This document shows positions 38,589 through 52,486 of a DNA stretch of 64,000 nt, piece by piece. The stretch is from Takakia lepidozioides (taxonomy: Eukaryota; Plantae; Bryophyta): assembly GCA_030704615.1 (NCBI GenBank), contig CM060731.1, forward strand, positions 33,666,001-33,730,000, in the 5' to 3' direction. Made by a program: the position numbers and the translations under genes. Below the pieces are notes generated by a model, which worked only from the letters and a program-made list of their open reading frames with translations, was not told the DNA's origin and made no database searches. Position 1 is the first letter of the stretch. Every line of letters starts with the position of its first letter.

Positions 38589-41500
38589 ATGGCGTTTCAC
38601 GTGGCCTGCCCCTTCACCTGGTCCCTTGCACACCCTTACACACATTCATTCAAATTCCAGGTTCAGATTAGAGGATTATTCCATCTCGACTTCAGCTTGA
38701 AAGAGTGGGAGCTTGTTTGTGTAAAATTCTTTCTTGACCTAATTTTCCCTTGACTAAGAAATTTATTGCCCCTTGCTGGAAGCACAATTTCCATGGGATG
38801 ACACTAGATTACATTACTCAACAGGTAACCTGTAATCATGGATTCATGAATGATAACCAAGGCGGAGGTTTTTATTCCAAATACTAGCTGTTCGATCTGC
38901 ACTCTTGGACCAACGTCCTGGTTGTGCTGTACTGTGGATATGTGTGATTGAGGCGATCACATGGCTCTGATGTAAGAAGCGAACGGGGCCGAGAACATGT
39001 CATTGTAAATAGTGTTTGCGGCAGAATAGGAGCTCATTGTAGATGTAAAAGAGCGTTCTGTAGATGGAGGCTGACAGTGGTGATTGTGCAGCCGAAAAAT
39101 TTGTTATTGCACCATCGGTGCGCCAGGGCCAGTGCAAACCTATCAAAAAAGGGAAGTATTCCTTCAAGATGTTGTGGCACTGGAAAATTTGCTTTCAAAT
39201 TCCCGGCTCATGCTTGCTGGAGGTGAGGAAACTGTGGAGGTCTTAGTCCCACGCCTTGCTAAGGACCAGAAGAAGAAGAAGCAAAAGAACCTGGCACCAC
39301 CAGTAGCGAGGGACAGTGAGGAAGTCACGGTAACAAAAAAGGTGCTTATACAGAGAAAGGTGACTGTAGCAGCCATATCTGCTGCAGAAGCTTGTGCAAA
39401 AGCTGAGCAAGCTAGAAAGGCTGCTGATGCTGCCGAAGTGAGAGCTGCACGACAGGTATCCAATCACGTCCATTTTCATGTTTTTGACTTTCCAATAGGT
39501 TTTCTGCTTTTATATCTGCCTCACATTATGGTTAGAAGTTGAATCTCACCTTGAAGCTGGAAATTTAGTACTCTTGTTGCCTCAGACAATTACTTTTTAG
39601 TTGATGAATCCAGTATTGAGACACTAGCTTGGCACACGGATCACGAAGTGTGACCAAAGGACCATCTTAATTAACCACACAGGGTATAAGGTTCAAATTA
39701 GGCCCGCTGCGCAATAAATGAAACCCCCTGGGAAAAAGGGAAGCCATGAGCACAATCTGTAGGTATAGGGTATTTTTTCCAATGCCATATACCAGGCATG
39801 TCTGAACAAGGGGTCTTCACTGAAGGCATCATTCAGTGTAGCTAGTTTGGTTGGAGAGTCCCAACCCCAAACCAAAAACCCGGCTTCATCGGGCCTGAAT
39901 GTTGGGTAGTGCACTCGAATCAAGTGGATGCTAAAACAAAGAGATTTACTGACAAAATCCAAGGTAGGCACTCCAAGTTTCAGTCTTACTGGCCACACTG
40001 GTGGTTCTCAAAAAGGTTAGCACAAGTCTTAACAGCTGATGTGTACTGCTTCAAGGTTTTTCCAATACTTGAGATTCCCCTCACATACAACGAATGAGTC
40101 AACAGGGGTCTTCTCACGATGAGTCAGAGGAACAATACATCAGCTTCCTGACCCAGGGACCAGACTATCCATGGGCTTGCCCACCCACCATTTCTGCAAG
40201 CCTGAGTCAATGTCCTGACCTGAGTGAAAGTCCATGTCACCAAATTCACAAGCTCTAAACTACAGACTTTTGGCTCCAGAACAACCCATCAGCATGACAG
40301 CAGAATACTAAACTTCTTGATAAGCAGAGTCCATATCCCAAACCTCTAAGCACTGTGCAGACTGTGGGACAACATCAATGCCACTTCAAGGACCGGCACA
40401 TGTCATGCCTATCCTTTGAACGTCCAAATGCAGTAATGCTGGTCTATTGAGCTTTCTGTCAAATTCTGACAAGGTCTCCCAATCTATTGTCCGCACCTAG
40501 TCCAAACTCAAGTGATTGCCTCGATCATTTGGTTACCCAATGGAACAGGCTTACTCTTAGAACTATGCCGGGCTTCAGACTCCTTATTGACCTCAAACTC
40601 TCCCTAATTGATTTCTCTAGGGTGTCCCCTTGGGACTGTTCCTGGAAAACTAGAATATCCTCCACCATAAGTTCTCTGCTAAATTGACCTTGCTTCCTTT
40701 TCTTAGATGTCGTTAGTTGTGTGGTGTGAGGTGTTAACTGGTGAATGTGTGTCTACCTTGATTGCTCCCTGGGAGGCAGGTGCATGCCCATAACCAGTGA
40801 CGCTGGTCTGGCAACTTCCAAATGAGTGACCCGAGGTGCTCATTGCTGCATTTGATAGGGTTTGTTGTTTGTCTCACAGCTTGCAGAGGTAAAAGCGCAG
40901 GTGGAAGTGAGGGGGGAAGGTGGAGTGGATGGATTGGTGGAGGTGGCAGGAGGTGGAGTGGTGATAAAAAATGTTACAGGGGAGGCACTTGGTGCAAATG
41001 AGCTGTTACAGCCACTCGTGCCACAGGTGGTGTGTGGCTTATGCTCTTTGGTGGAAGCCAAGGGCAGTGCCAAGGCAGAACGCATGCTCTCATGTCAGAC
41101 TTGCAAGAAGCAATATCACCGCAAGTGCATTAAGCATTGGGCTGAGCATCGAGGTGAGGGATGCATCTGTACAAATTTTAGGAAATCCAGTTCATAGTCA
41201 TTTGCATGTTGGTAAGTGGGTGTTGGTTATCAGCCCTTACTGCCCACAGTCACCTGTAATTCTTTTTGCATAGCTGGAACTCGCCCCTGGTTGATCTTCA
41301 TGGCTCTGTCATTCTTTTGGTAAAGTCTTGCTGCAGGAGACTCTTTGTTCATCTTCCTCAGCTTACACCATTCTGAGACCTTCTTTGAACACAAAGTTTC
41401 AGTCAAGCAGTGCAACTAATGTATGATCTACATGTGTAACAGATCTGTTCAACTGGGCTTCATGGATTTGTGCTTCTTGTCGCAGCTGTGAGGTAAAGCC

Positions 41501-44500
41501 TGGCTTTGTGATGCTCTAGCTGTGTGATTTCTTTTCAGAGGTTTTTGTTGGGACATCTTCATTAGAGTGTATTCTGGTTCAGGGAAGGGTACCCTAATGT
41601 GAATGCTATTCTACTGTGAGTTGCAGTTTAAACTGAGAAATTTGGCGATCCCAGATGTATCTGCATCTGGAAACTCTGCAAGCCACTGCCTCAAATAGTG
41701 TTTGGGAGCATGATGCTGAAAAATTAAACATCCAGAGTTTTTTGAGTCGTTTGGAACAAAAATCTTGGAGAGGCGGAAACTAATTTGCTCATTTCTTTTT
41801 ATATGACCTTATTCTAACCATTTGACTGTGTGAGTAGGTATGCAAGCGGATGGTGGAGCCAAACAAGCTTATGTTTTGCAAGAGGTGTGATGCAGCATAT
41901 CACGTGTATTGCCAGCAGCCTCCTCTTAAGGCAAGTTGGGCTTAAGCTTTAATACTAATAGTAGAGGTGATTGATAAAGATACTCTATTTCTTGTTATGA
42001 AAGCTTACCTTCCAGTTCTTAGGAACTGTTATGCAGGAACTTAATATTATGATTCTAGTTAAGCTTGATGACATTATGACTCATTGTAGTCTATTCTGTA
42101 CGGTGATCTTTCATGCTGTAACATGTATGCATTCCGTGGGCTGGATGGCTTTGTCTTCTTGTTTATAGTTGTACCTACCCCTCATACAGCAGCTTGGTTT
42201 GCCGATTTCCCTGACTCAATGCTTAGCTGTTCATCACCTCGGAAGCCAGCTGTGGTGGCTTGCCAGCTGAAAGGGACAATGTGCACATTTCTGAATTAGT
42301 TTTGAGAGGTTTAAGGGACTTGGCCTACATGGGTGACCACTTGTGAGCGTGGGGGGCCCTTTGTTGATACCAAAGAGGCAGCTAGGGAGTAGTTCCAGGT
42401 GGCTGTGCTTTTCTGTAAATTTACATGACTCTTGAAAATGAAGAAAACCAGTTTCCAGGATCAGTGGCATGGGGAACAGAGCTTGCATTTTGAGAAGTAC
42501 GATTGTTCTCTTGGGTTTATAGGTTTAGCATGTGGTGGTGGTTGCAGCATGTGCCAAAGGGGCCATTTTTGTGCCCAAAGCACACCCGCTGTCATAGCTG
42601 CGCCTCTCATGTTCCTGGAAGTGGTGTTAGCTCTCGGTACAAGTCCTGGACTTTTATGTAGAATAAATGTCTGTTTTGACTGCAGCATGAAGACTGCAGG
42701 TGCAAATGGTGATTTATCAGTTTTGTATGTCTAATGAGCACCAACCTCTATGCTCTTGGGCTTACTGTGTCATAATGTTGGTTTCTTATCACAATGGGGT
42801 TTTCTGAATTCTAAAGATTAACACAATAGTTGCACCTCTGCAGGAGACTGAACCAACCTCACAGCCTGGCTTGGACATGGGTGCAGGTGGTTCTTGACCT
42901 ACACTACATGTGATGCATGTGGAAGGTTATTTATGAAAGGAAAATATTGTCCCGTTTGCTTGAAGGCAAGTTCATTTACCCATACTGAATATGTTGTGAG
43001 GGGACTTGCAAAGGATTGCCTGCACGTGGGGACAGTAATCCTGTGATGGGAAGCTAGCACTGCTGCTATGCAGCCGATGTGTGTCAAGGTCCTCAAGCAC
43101 ATGTACTTGTCTGCTGCCCACTTAACATTTAGTGGTGAAGGAGTGACTCAGCCTTGGGAAGATGGCATCGAGGGGTTGGACAGGTGTACCGGGATTCAGA
43201 AGCAACACCCATGGTGTGCTGTGATTCATGTGAGCACTGGGTTCACTGTAGCTGTGATGGTATCAGGTCTGTAGCTTATCATTCTCTGGCTCCCTCTTGG
43301 CTTTCCTTCTGACCCATGTATGTCCTAAAAACATCATAAGCCATCCTGTAACTGCTTCCACCCATTCTGTGTTGTCGTCAGGTAAGAGCTCCAAAGTGGA
43401 CCCAAGTAAGTTCCCAAATTTGCTTTTTTGGGTGTGTGAATTTTGACAGGACTTGTTTGTAATCAACTGCAGTGATGAGAAGTATCAGCAGTATCAAGTG
43501 GACGACCATCTGAAGTATAAATGTGCCGCTTGTCGTGGTGAATGTCATCGGGTCTGTTTGTTATTCTCTCCTTCACACTTGTTTGGCTTCTTTGTGTTTC
43601 TGACTCCTTGATGTTTTGTCCTGGTGCACTTGTTTTCTTTACATTGGATGGGGCTATCTCATTTGATCTTTGCTCGCCTCTCAAATGTGAGTTCAGAGTC
43701 AAGTAGGCTCTCACATTGATGTATATGTTTGGTTTGAGGTTTCAGAAACATAAGCAATTAGTGGAGAGATTTGTTGCTCAATTATTGCTGGGAGAAAGAA
43801 AGAAGAAACTTTTTAAAATCCACCACAGAGAAACAACTTGAGGTTAGGTTGTTCAAATTGTGTCAGTCTTAAGACCTCAAGAACATGGATGTTCACAGGC
43901 TGAACCTGAATGGCATGCTGCCACTGTCAATGTGCTTCTCATAATTGTCTCATTCAATTGGATGAAATCCCCGTGAATCGCAGCATCATTCACAATGATT
44001 CTTTATTCAAAGAGCCAAGTAGCATTCTTACTGTGCTACTTTGATCCCAGAAATGCTTCCTCAGTGAGGAAACTTGGGTGGTTTGTAAAGTGTGCTGCAC
44101 TACATTTTTGCAATGAGCAGGTAATTGATCTGGACGATGCAATGACGGAATTGTGGAGAAGGAGGGATGTCCTTGATGCGCAACAAAGAGCCGAGTTACG
44201 TGCCGCTTCAGGGCTTCCATCTCAGGAGGAAATGCTAAAGCTATATCCATCCTCAGATGATGACAGGCCAGAGCCTCTGGCTAACCATGATGGGACCTCC
44301 AAGAAAGTTTCGAAAAAGTTGCGCAAGGGAACTGGGGGTGAGCATCAAGGTGGTAACAATAGGAAGGTGGTGAGGAAGGTGGTTGATGGAGTAAGTTCTA
44401 TCAAAGTTCACAGCAAAGCCACTCAAGAGATTTCCAAACTTATCTTACGCCGGTCTAAGTCAGAGAAGAGCAGTGGGGCTTCCTCTAAGAAATCCAAAAA

Positions 44501-46639
44501 GGAAGGAACTCTACATGAGGGTGAGCCGCAGGAAGGGTCACAAGGGGGAATTAGTAATAATGTAGCAGACGTGCAGGACAAGAAAACAGTCGAACAGAAA
44601 GCTGATGACACTAAAACATGCAAGTCACCAGTGAGTGATGGTGAAATTGCGACTGAGGTACCCACAAATGGCAAGAAGAAGAAGAAGAAGAAGAAACATA
44701 AAGGAGGAGCTGGGAAACTCAAATGTGAGGTCAAAGCTGGTGACTCTGGTGTTGATGAAGTTTCCCACATCACTGAACCAAAGGAAAAATTGAAGGGGCA
44801 GGAACTTTCAGGTAGTCAAGAGGTCATTGACAGAGATGCCCAAGGCGAGATGCCAGGGAGCAGTGTGGAGAGACTAGAGAACAATAGAATGGCTAGCATG
44901 ATGGGTGGAGTGGATGAAGGTTCTCCAACCAAGGCTGGTGACAAGGAGAAGATGGTTGATGCAGCAGCATCTGTCAGGGTAACGGATGCCTCCCCAGGGT
45001 CAGAAGGTTCGTCCACTTTGCTGTATTGCTAAGTGTGTAGGTGTTTTGTTGTTTTCTTTGAGCTGGTACAAGGTTAATAGGTGCACTTTGAGCCTGCTTA
45101 GGAGAGTTGAACAAGGGAGGAGGGTTGACTGGGCATGCAGATCCAGCCAAGACCTTAAAGCTGACACCAAGTGAGGAGAAAGGTGCCATTGGTGACTCTG
45201 ATTGCAGGGATAGCATCAAAGAAATCCCCTTAATTGTGCAAGAGCCCCAAGGTATGGGAAGTACACTTAGCTTTTTCTCTCCTGGAGTCTGCCAGTCACA
45301 AATTGTATTGCCCATTCTTCTGAGTTCTCCATCCTCTTCTCTCCCTCACTGTCAGTCTCAATATACTTTGCATCCAGTGTCTCTCAGTACATACATAGAT
45401 CTCCCCCACTTTCAACCTGTCGATGTTCTCTTTATAAGATTAGTTTGGAGTGGTCTCTTTTATCCTGAGTGAGATCCTTGTGCTTTTTGTAGTCGGACTT
45501 AGTACCATCATTTTGTCTGCCTGTGTGCTGCAAGTTTGGAATGTCAATGCATCCCCACGTTATTTCTCCTATGATCTCATGAATTTGGGTAACGAAGCAG
45601 CGCATGGGTTTTGTGCAGGTAATGCCCCTCTACAGGCATGGGGAGGACACTCAGAAAGTGCCAGAAGGCGACGAATGCCAAGCTCCAAGTACCGGGACAT
45701 GGACACCAGCATCTGGCGCAGTTCCAGAAATGTCAAGGATTCACGACCTACAGGAATTGAGGAGCCAGGGCCTGCCCAGGTGGGTAGCGATAGCATGCCA
45801 CAAGCCCTTGAGGTCACCGAGAGAGAGAAGGGAGGGGCATCTTCACCTTTGCTGTCAGAGGTACAAAAGGAGGGTCGACGAAAGGCAGAGGAAGTCGATG
45901 ACAACATGGATAAAGATGATTCCTTGGAGACCCCAAGGAAGAGATTGAAAGTTGCAGATCTGGGGGGCAAGCAAGGGGATGGGCGACCGCGGCGTGCCTC
46001 TACAGCAACAGCTAACCCAATTCCCAAAGTGCCGTTGCGGCTTAAGATCAGGAAGCAGCCTAGTAGGCATGATGCAGCAGTGCCAGCCTCTAGCTTGGAC
46101 AGCAAGAAAAGTGAAGATGATGACCCCACTGCGACTAGAGGGCAGCGCTCTAAAAGAAAAAGGTCCGGTACAGTGCAGAAGGGAGAAGTGCAAGTGTCAG
46201 GCCGCCATGGTGGGAAAGATAGCAGTGGGGATGACAGCTGGATTCTGCAGAAGCTGGGCACTGATGCCATTGCGAAGCGTGTAGAGGTGTTTTGGCCAAT
46301 GGACGATATCTGGTGAGTGATCCACCCCTTTGTTTTCAACTGTCCAGTTAGTAGACCATCAAAAGAGCTGTAAGTGATATACTGCACCTTAACTTCCGTG
46401 GCAAGGCACCTAGGTCATCAATGCTTGAGGTCCTGTAGTAAAGTTTTGAATTGTCTCTTCGACATGATGATTTATTGGAGGTAAACTCTCTACTGTAATA
46501 TTGCAGGTATAAAGGTACTGTGGTGGCTGTCACCCCACAAAAGTTGCAGTTTGCTGTACATTATGATGATGGTGAAGAGGAAACTTTGAATTTCGGCAAG
46601 GAAAAGGTTCGATTACTTTCAAGTTCTAAAAGGGGATAA
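38589..46639 (+). CDS. Multi-PHD finger protein with C-terminal Tudor-like domain (resembles Arabidopsis At3g08020 family), multi-exon
   Basis: MAFHVACPFTC|RKICYC start; PHD motifs (CQTCKKQYHRKC, FCKRCDAAYHVYC, CDACGRLFMKGKYCPVCLK, CCDSCEHWVHCSCDG, YKCAACRGEC); WILQKLGTDAIAKRVEVFW|YKGTV..YDDGEEE. Confidence 0.88.
39690..40700 (+). mobile_element. Possible highly degraded retroelement fragment in a PHD-gene intron
   Basis: Coding-like stretch with broken frames inside a long intron. No diagnostic motif confidently recognised. Confidence 0.2.
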
Positions 46640-49600
46640 TCATGTTTATGGTCAACTTGTCAGCAAGCATAGTATACCTTCAGGACTTACAATGGAAGCA
46701 TTCCCTATCTGACTATCTGTTCAGGAGGTCCTCATTACATGCAGGCTGGGAATTTGCATATTTGTGACGTAGCATCATCCTCTAAGACGCGGATGTATAA
46801 CCTTTCTCATTTCAATTTAAAATAGTGTCTTCCATAGATATTGTATGGAATCTCAAGTCTCAATTTTTGCATACATGAGCTTGTACAGGATCATGAATTA
46901 AACTGGTTGGTGTAATAAAGGTTCGTATGACATTTGCATTCAATTCCCCCCACACCGCATCTTCAGCTAAACCCCTAGAGGCAAATATACTCAAGCCATG
47001 GAGTCAGTTTTACACTATTGAAACTGGTTTGGGTGTTGTCCCTAGTCTAAGTAATGGAGTTAAAAAACTGCATACTTGTGAAGAGTAGGATAATGCATTA
47101 TTTTTATTGATTATTGTCTATGTTATTGTTTGGTGACTGTTGACTGTTACCTCCTGTATGCAAAATACGATAAATTTGGGGACTGGACAATTTTAATAGC
47201 TTAATTGCATGTCGCGCATTTAGTGGATTGTGTGTGCACTGCTTAATTGAGGTTCACTTGCCAAGATGTCGTTTGGAATATAACGTGTCCACCTACGTGA
47301 CATATTTTTCACCTAACTCATGTTTTACTAATTTTTCGGCAAAACTGACGTGACGTTGGTCGCGTCAGCGTCAGGTCCGACGTGACGTCACTGACGTGTG
47401 CAACCCTGCCTGAAGCTTTAATGACAAGGGATTTGTCTCGAGTATGATGTAGAAAACAAAGTTAAGGAAAAAACAAAAGCTACGACCTACAAAAAATATC
47501 TTAGATCTCTCATTTACGTTTTTGGCCTGAAAAGGACTTGTTGACCGCTGACGTGGTAGGTAAACAAGCCCAAAACATATTGCACTCCAAAGGCCATTTT
47601 TGGCAAAAAATTAGCAATTTTGGAAAAAACACTTCACGTTGTGTTATGTGAGCATAACACACCTTGGTCCCCGGGGCTGTCTTTGGCTGTGTTCCAAGCC
47701 TAGCTTTCACCCACTTTGGTATTTCACCTACAGCTGCAAAACTGCTGGCTCCAACAGAGTTCTGACTGTCCAAAGCAATATTGAGGCCCTCAACGCCAAC
47801 TACAGCAGTTTGTTGTCTACTGCTAATGCCTGACTCCCAGTATGCAATCAACTCGTCCAACTGCTCTCCACTCAAATCAGTCTGAGCCCCTTGGGAAACA
47901 TAAATCTTGTCCCCTTGTGTGCACAGGCTAAGAGAAGAGACCTGCCCTTCAATTACGTCCTCATTACCCCCAGCCATACAAGGAGGACATCCACAGATTT
48001 GTCTCTCATATAGACCAGAACAGGTTCTATAAACAGAATTGTGGATCTTTCATAGCACACTCACACTCAAAATATTCCATAGATTTTTAGCAGAGTCCAA
48101 AAAACTAAAACCAGGTCTAGATAGGTAGATTTCCCCTTTCTACAGCTATCCCCCCAAAAACTGAGTCAAACGGAGTCCATTTGACAAAGATATGACCAAT
48201 TAGGCTCTAAATCATTTAAATTAGAACAAAAAGGTTTTTTGTTTTTTTTTTTTTAACACCAAAACGTTCTCGCCATTAAAAACTGTTCCCACGTTTTTTG
48301 CGATTCACTGCAGGTTCCCATCAAGTTCAAAATACCGTGCCCTACGAGTGCCCGAAATGGTGGAATTGAAGTCTACCAATGGAGGTTGCTGTGCTGGGAT
48401 CCTCCTTCGCAGGCACACGCTTGGCAGCTGCTACACATCCTGCACCCCGGGTCTGCCATGCCTCTGGCGTCAGGGCTGCTCTCTCACTCTCCACCGGCTC
48501 ACTCCAGAAAAGGGATGGACCCTAAGTTCTTGACGAGTTGTGGTGGAGTGCCGTGGACAACACAAACAGATCCCACACTCGCAGCGAGTTTTCGGAATGT
48601 GATGCTCATCTGTGCAATGTTTGTCATACTGCTGCTGGCTTGCTTTGGGGCTGTCTCTTTATATTCATACTTCACCACAAGGCACAAGCACCAGGCTCGG
48701 GAGAGTAGATTCTGCAAGCAATTATAGTGGCACCTGCTTGGTAGGAGCAATCAGCCTTTTACCATAAGCCCCCTGTAAAGAGTTCATGGTCGGTGTAGTT
48801 AGGCGACAACAGTGAAGTTGATGCTGCTGAAGAAATGGAATGAGAGATGTGTAGATGGAGCAATCGGTGAGTGCCTAGGTTGCAGCGGGAGTCTCCTGCT
48901 TGTCTCTGTCCAAGTTGGGCTTTCTGGCGGGCTCCAGTCCCTCGCAGGGCAAGCTCCCCCTGTACTTCCACTCCTGAGACTTGCTCGAGAGCTGCTGAAG
49001 TTAGGTTTAGTTAGTGATTTGAGATCAAAGTTGGTTTGTTAAAAATTGGTTGTCTGGGAAGACGATCGTCTGCTCTCGCCTCCTTCCGTGTTGTGGTCTC
49101 TCTTCTCTTAATGGCAGACTTTGCCGTTGTCGGGAGTCAGCTGGAGGACGCTCTTCCCATGTTCACAGAGCTCGCCAACTCCAGTGAGATGTACTCGGAA
49201 TTCGGGGTGGGGGAATGCTAGGATCGAAGGAGACCATGCGATAGCCGCAGAAGTTTCTGGACAGGACATATCAAGTTTGAAGCTCACACAGGGTCAGGCA
49301 GGTCTTACTACACGAACAACTGCAACTCGACCAACTCTCCTGTCAGGCCTCCATGTCTGCAGTGTGATGAGCTTGGACTTCTGTGAAACCACCAGCGGCC
49401 ATAGTCTCAACCACAACGTAGCTCGGCAACAGAACAGGAAGGCCAATTCAGTTGAAAGAGATTTTCCATGATACAAAACACAGCTCCAATCGAATTCTCC
49501 TCCCACCGGCTCCTTGCACTCGTTGATGTTGCTTGCTGGTAGGTCAACTCACAACGCTACATCAACTCACTGCCTCGAATAGAAAGCACAACCCCTCTTT

Positions 49601-50489
49601 GCATCCTCACAAATAAGCCCTTCGGAGGACATCCATTTGTGTATAAAGTCGCCCTGCCACCATGGCACGTCCTTGGAAGAAAGACAATCCGCCAGTCAAG
49701 GACTCAAAGTTCGCAAATACCCTTCTACCGTGATTGTTTGAGCTCAGTCGCGTCAACATGAGATATGGCCATCAGCTTCTGACGGAACTTGTCATCACTC
49801 TGCTGGAATTCCATCACGCTGATCCCCCTACCACCGCAGCAGCCTGGTTTTGACACCAGGGACCCCACCGCAATAGAATTACCTGCAGCGCACAATCCAA
49901 AATGAGAATGTGTAGGCAACCCCTGCGAATGCTTCCACTAGCCTCAAACAAACGGGCATCCACAGCAACACTTCAAATGGTTTCCGCCTTCCTGTTCTGC
50001 TCCACTCGGCACACATAGCCAGTCTAACTGCAGGCTCCCCGTGACCAAGCTATATTCTAATAGTGCTTAAAAACAAAAACATCATATCTAGCTTAGCACT
50101 AGAAAACTAGATAGAGTCATCTCTCTCGAGTGATAAGAAAAGCTAAGAACACACACTCTTAACACAAGAAACATGAAATCCATCGCTATCACTCTTTAAG
50201 ATAATAGTCGAGCCAGGGGCACCCCAAGCTATGGGGACTCCACCCCACAACAACCTATACCCCTACATAAGCACACTCAGATTCTAAAGCATGAAGGAGC
50301 TCGGTCGCGCAGGCTCAACTCGAGAGAGATGAGCTGCGCGACTGACGCTCTCGTGAAGATAAGACGGTTCAGGTGTCAAACTAAACTTGACACCTGATTT
50401 AACACTTGACCTAAATCCAAGTGTTAAATACAAATAACTAGCTTTATTCTAGTTAGTTTCACACTGTGCTTATTTAACTTGACACCTCG

Positions 50490-52486
50490 TACCACTGCCA
50501 TGGCTGCTCCCCACTGTCTATACCGGAAGTGCCAAAACGCCAGCCAATCTTCCAATGCTCTCATACTCTCAAGTGATGTAGCTCCAGAAGGAACCACCAG
50601 GCACGAATTGTCTGGAACAAAGTGTCCGCCTCCTTCATTGTTCTAGCATCTTTGTACTCTTTGCACAATTTACGGTGCTAAGTCTGCATCTCTGGTTTGA
50701 TGTCCGACTTTGTATGTTTTTCCAGAGATTGTGTCCAATGGAATAGACATGTACGCTCTCTTCCTCGCATTGGCACTTTTGGGTCGCCCGATCCGAAGAC
50801 AATACGAACAGCATTGAAATTTGCTTGAGCACTATCCGCCATGAAACCTGCGAAATTTGGAAATGGCAGCCCATGACACGTATCAGGGAATTCCACATGA
50901 GCTTCTGGGATTCCGTATCCTCGGATTGCATGTCACAAACTGCAATTGTCATAACTCGTTGGTACACTGGATTGTAGACATGACAAGCCATCGTCGTCCA
51001 ATCCTTCACTCGTTTCACATGATCAAACATAAGAAAATAGTTCTGCAAGTCCCCAGTCTTCTACATCTGCTTCACGAGGCTAACCCCACTGCCCTCCCCA
51101 ACAGTCGACATTTTGAAAAGAAAAACTTTGATGACACCTTGACCTGGGAATACATTGTCCTGGATGTTATCGTACTTGCTCACTCGTTTCAACTCCAAAA
51201 TGTTGTCTATGTAGCCGCTGATACCAGAGCCCATTCTTAATGCATTGATCTGATGCCAGGTGAACTCAAAGTGGAGAAATGATCCATGACCAGGTCCAAT
51301 GCTGCACCGTCAAGTTTAGTCCCCACAGAGTCCCCTTCACTCAAAATATGGCTTTCCAAGAAGGACTTGTTTGCGCCAAGAGCAATTGCAGATGTTGTTG
51401 CGGATGGGTTTTTCCCGAACTCCTGTAATCAACCTCGATACTGTCTCAACACTCTCCTTGTAATCCCCCTTCGAGACAGGATGGTTATGGAATCCAAAAT
51501 GCACACAAGCTCTTGTCATTGTTTTCAAACGGTGGACAACATAGTACATTCTTGCTCCGCAGAGCGCCAAGCAGGATGGCACAAGTTTGTAGAATTTGCA
51601 GACGAAAGTGTTTGCCGGTGGTGGGGCAGTCCCAGGCTGAAATGGATTTTCCGCCAGACCCTCCTATTCGCTTTGATTATGAACCCCAGACTGAAGAAAG
51701 TGTCTGCAATTCAAATTATCACATCTAAGGTGTCCATTGCAAACTGTTCTCCTGAAAACAAGCTTGTCATCATTATGAATATTGGATGTTTTTGTTCTGC
51801 ACCACGGGTGCCCGTCGTGTTTCTTGTCCATTCCATGCATCATGATTGTTACACCTCCAACTCGCGGAGGAGGAGGCAGCTCAAATAGGATATCACCATC
51901 AAAAGTCTCTGGCAAGAACTTCACAGGCACCTGCTTCAAAGATTCCCAATCAATTCCCTCGCAACTCACTTTTGAATCCAGCCATTCCTCCCATCGCCCG
52001 TAGTTTTGGAATGACACTACAAATCTCTTCTTCATCAGCTTTTCCAACCACAATAGGAAGGACTGGATTTGGAATTTCACTTATGTCATCATCGGACGAA
52101 TCTGAAAGCTCAACGATTGGAGTGGAGGACGTATGTTCTTTTTTCACCACCACCTCCCTCTTGTCTTCAACGACCGAAGCAGCAGTCCCGGGCGTCACAT
52201 ATGATCCAAGGGACTTTCGCCGAGGCTCTCCAAGTACTCTGTATCGACCAGGGCGCACTCTCCACTGGCTGACATGAGCCGTCTCATCACGGTTTTGGAA
52301 AGAGTATTTCAACAACTTCCCTTTCAAATCGTACACCTCTTTCTCCAAAAAGATGGAGCCATTCTGAAGCTGAAAACGGGTAGCCAAGACATGTTCCAGA
52401 ACAATTGCAAATCCATTGTCAAGGACTTCCTGGGAGAACGGCACTGGTTTGTCGTCAGAGAAGAACTCCGCTTCAGAGGAAGCCAT
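50490..52486 (-). pseudogene. MULE/Mutator-like transposase with N-terminal WRKY/GCM-like Zn domain; stops and frameshifts, 3' part missing
   Basis: DGHPWCRTKTSN..CNGHLRCDNLNC..CKF..PSCLALC..HFGFHNHP (WRKY/GCM-like Zn ribbon); MFDHVKRV (candidate D1), GFMADSAQAN (candidate D2), CLFHW (CxxH), WLAFWHFRYRQWG, then a GT donor at ~50491. No exon with the catalytic E was found. Confidence 0.7.

Noticed and set aside
45569-46387. 272-aa minus-strand ORF, and similar ORFs opposite COG5, FKBP and the transposase (e.g. 51286-51888)
   Set aside because: Antisense shadows of real coding exons.
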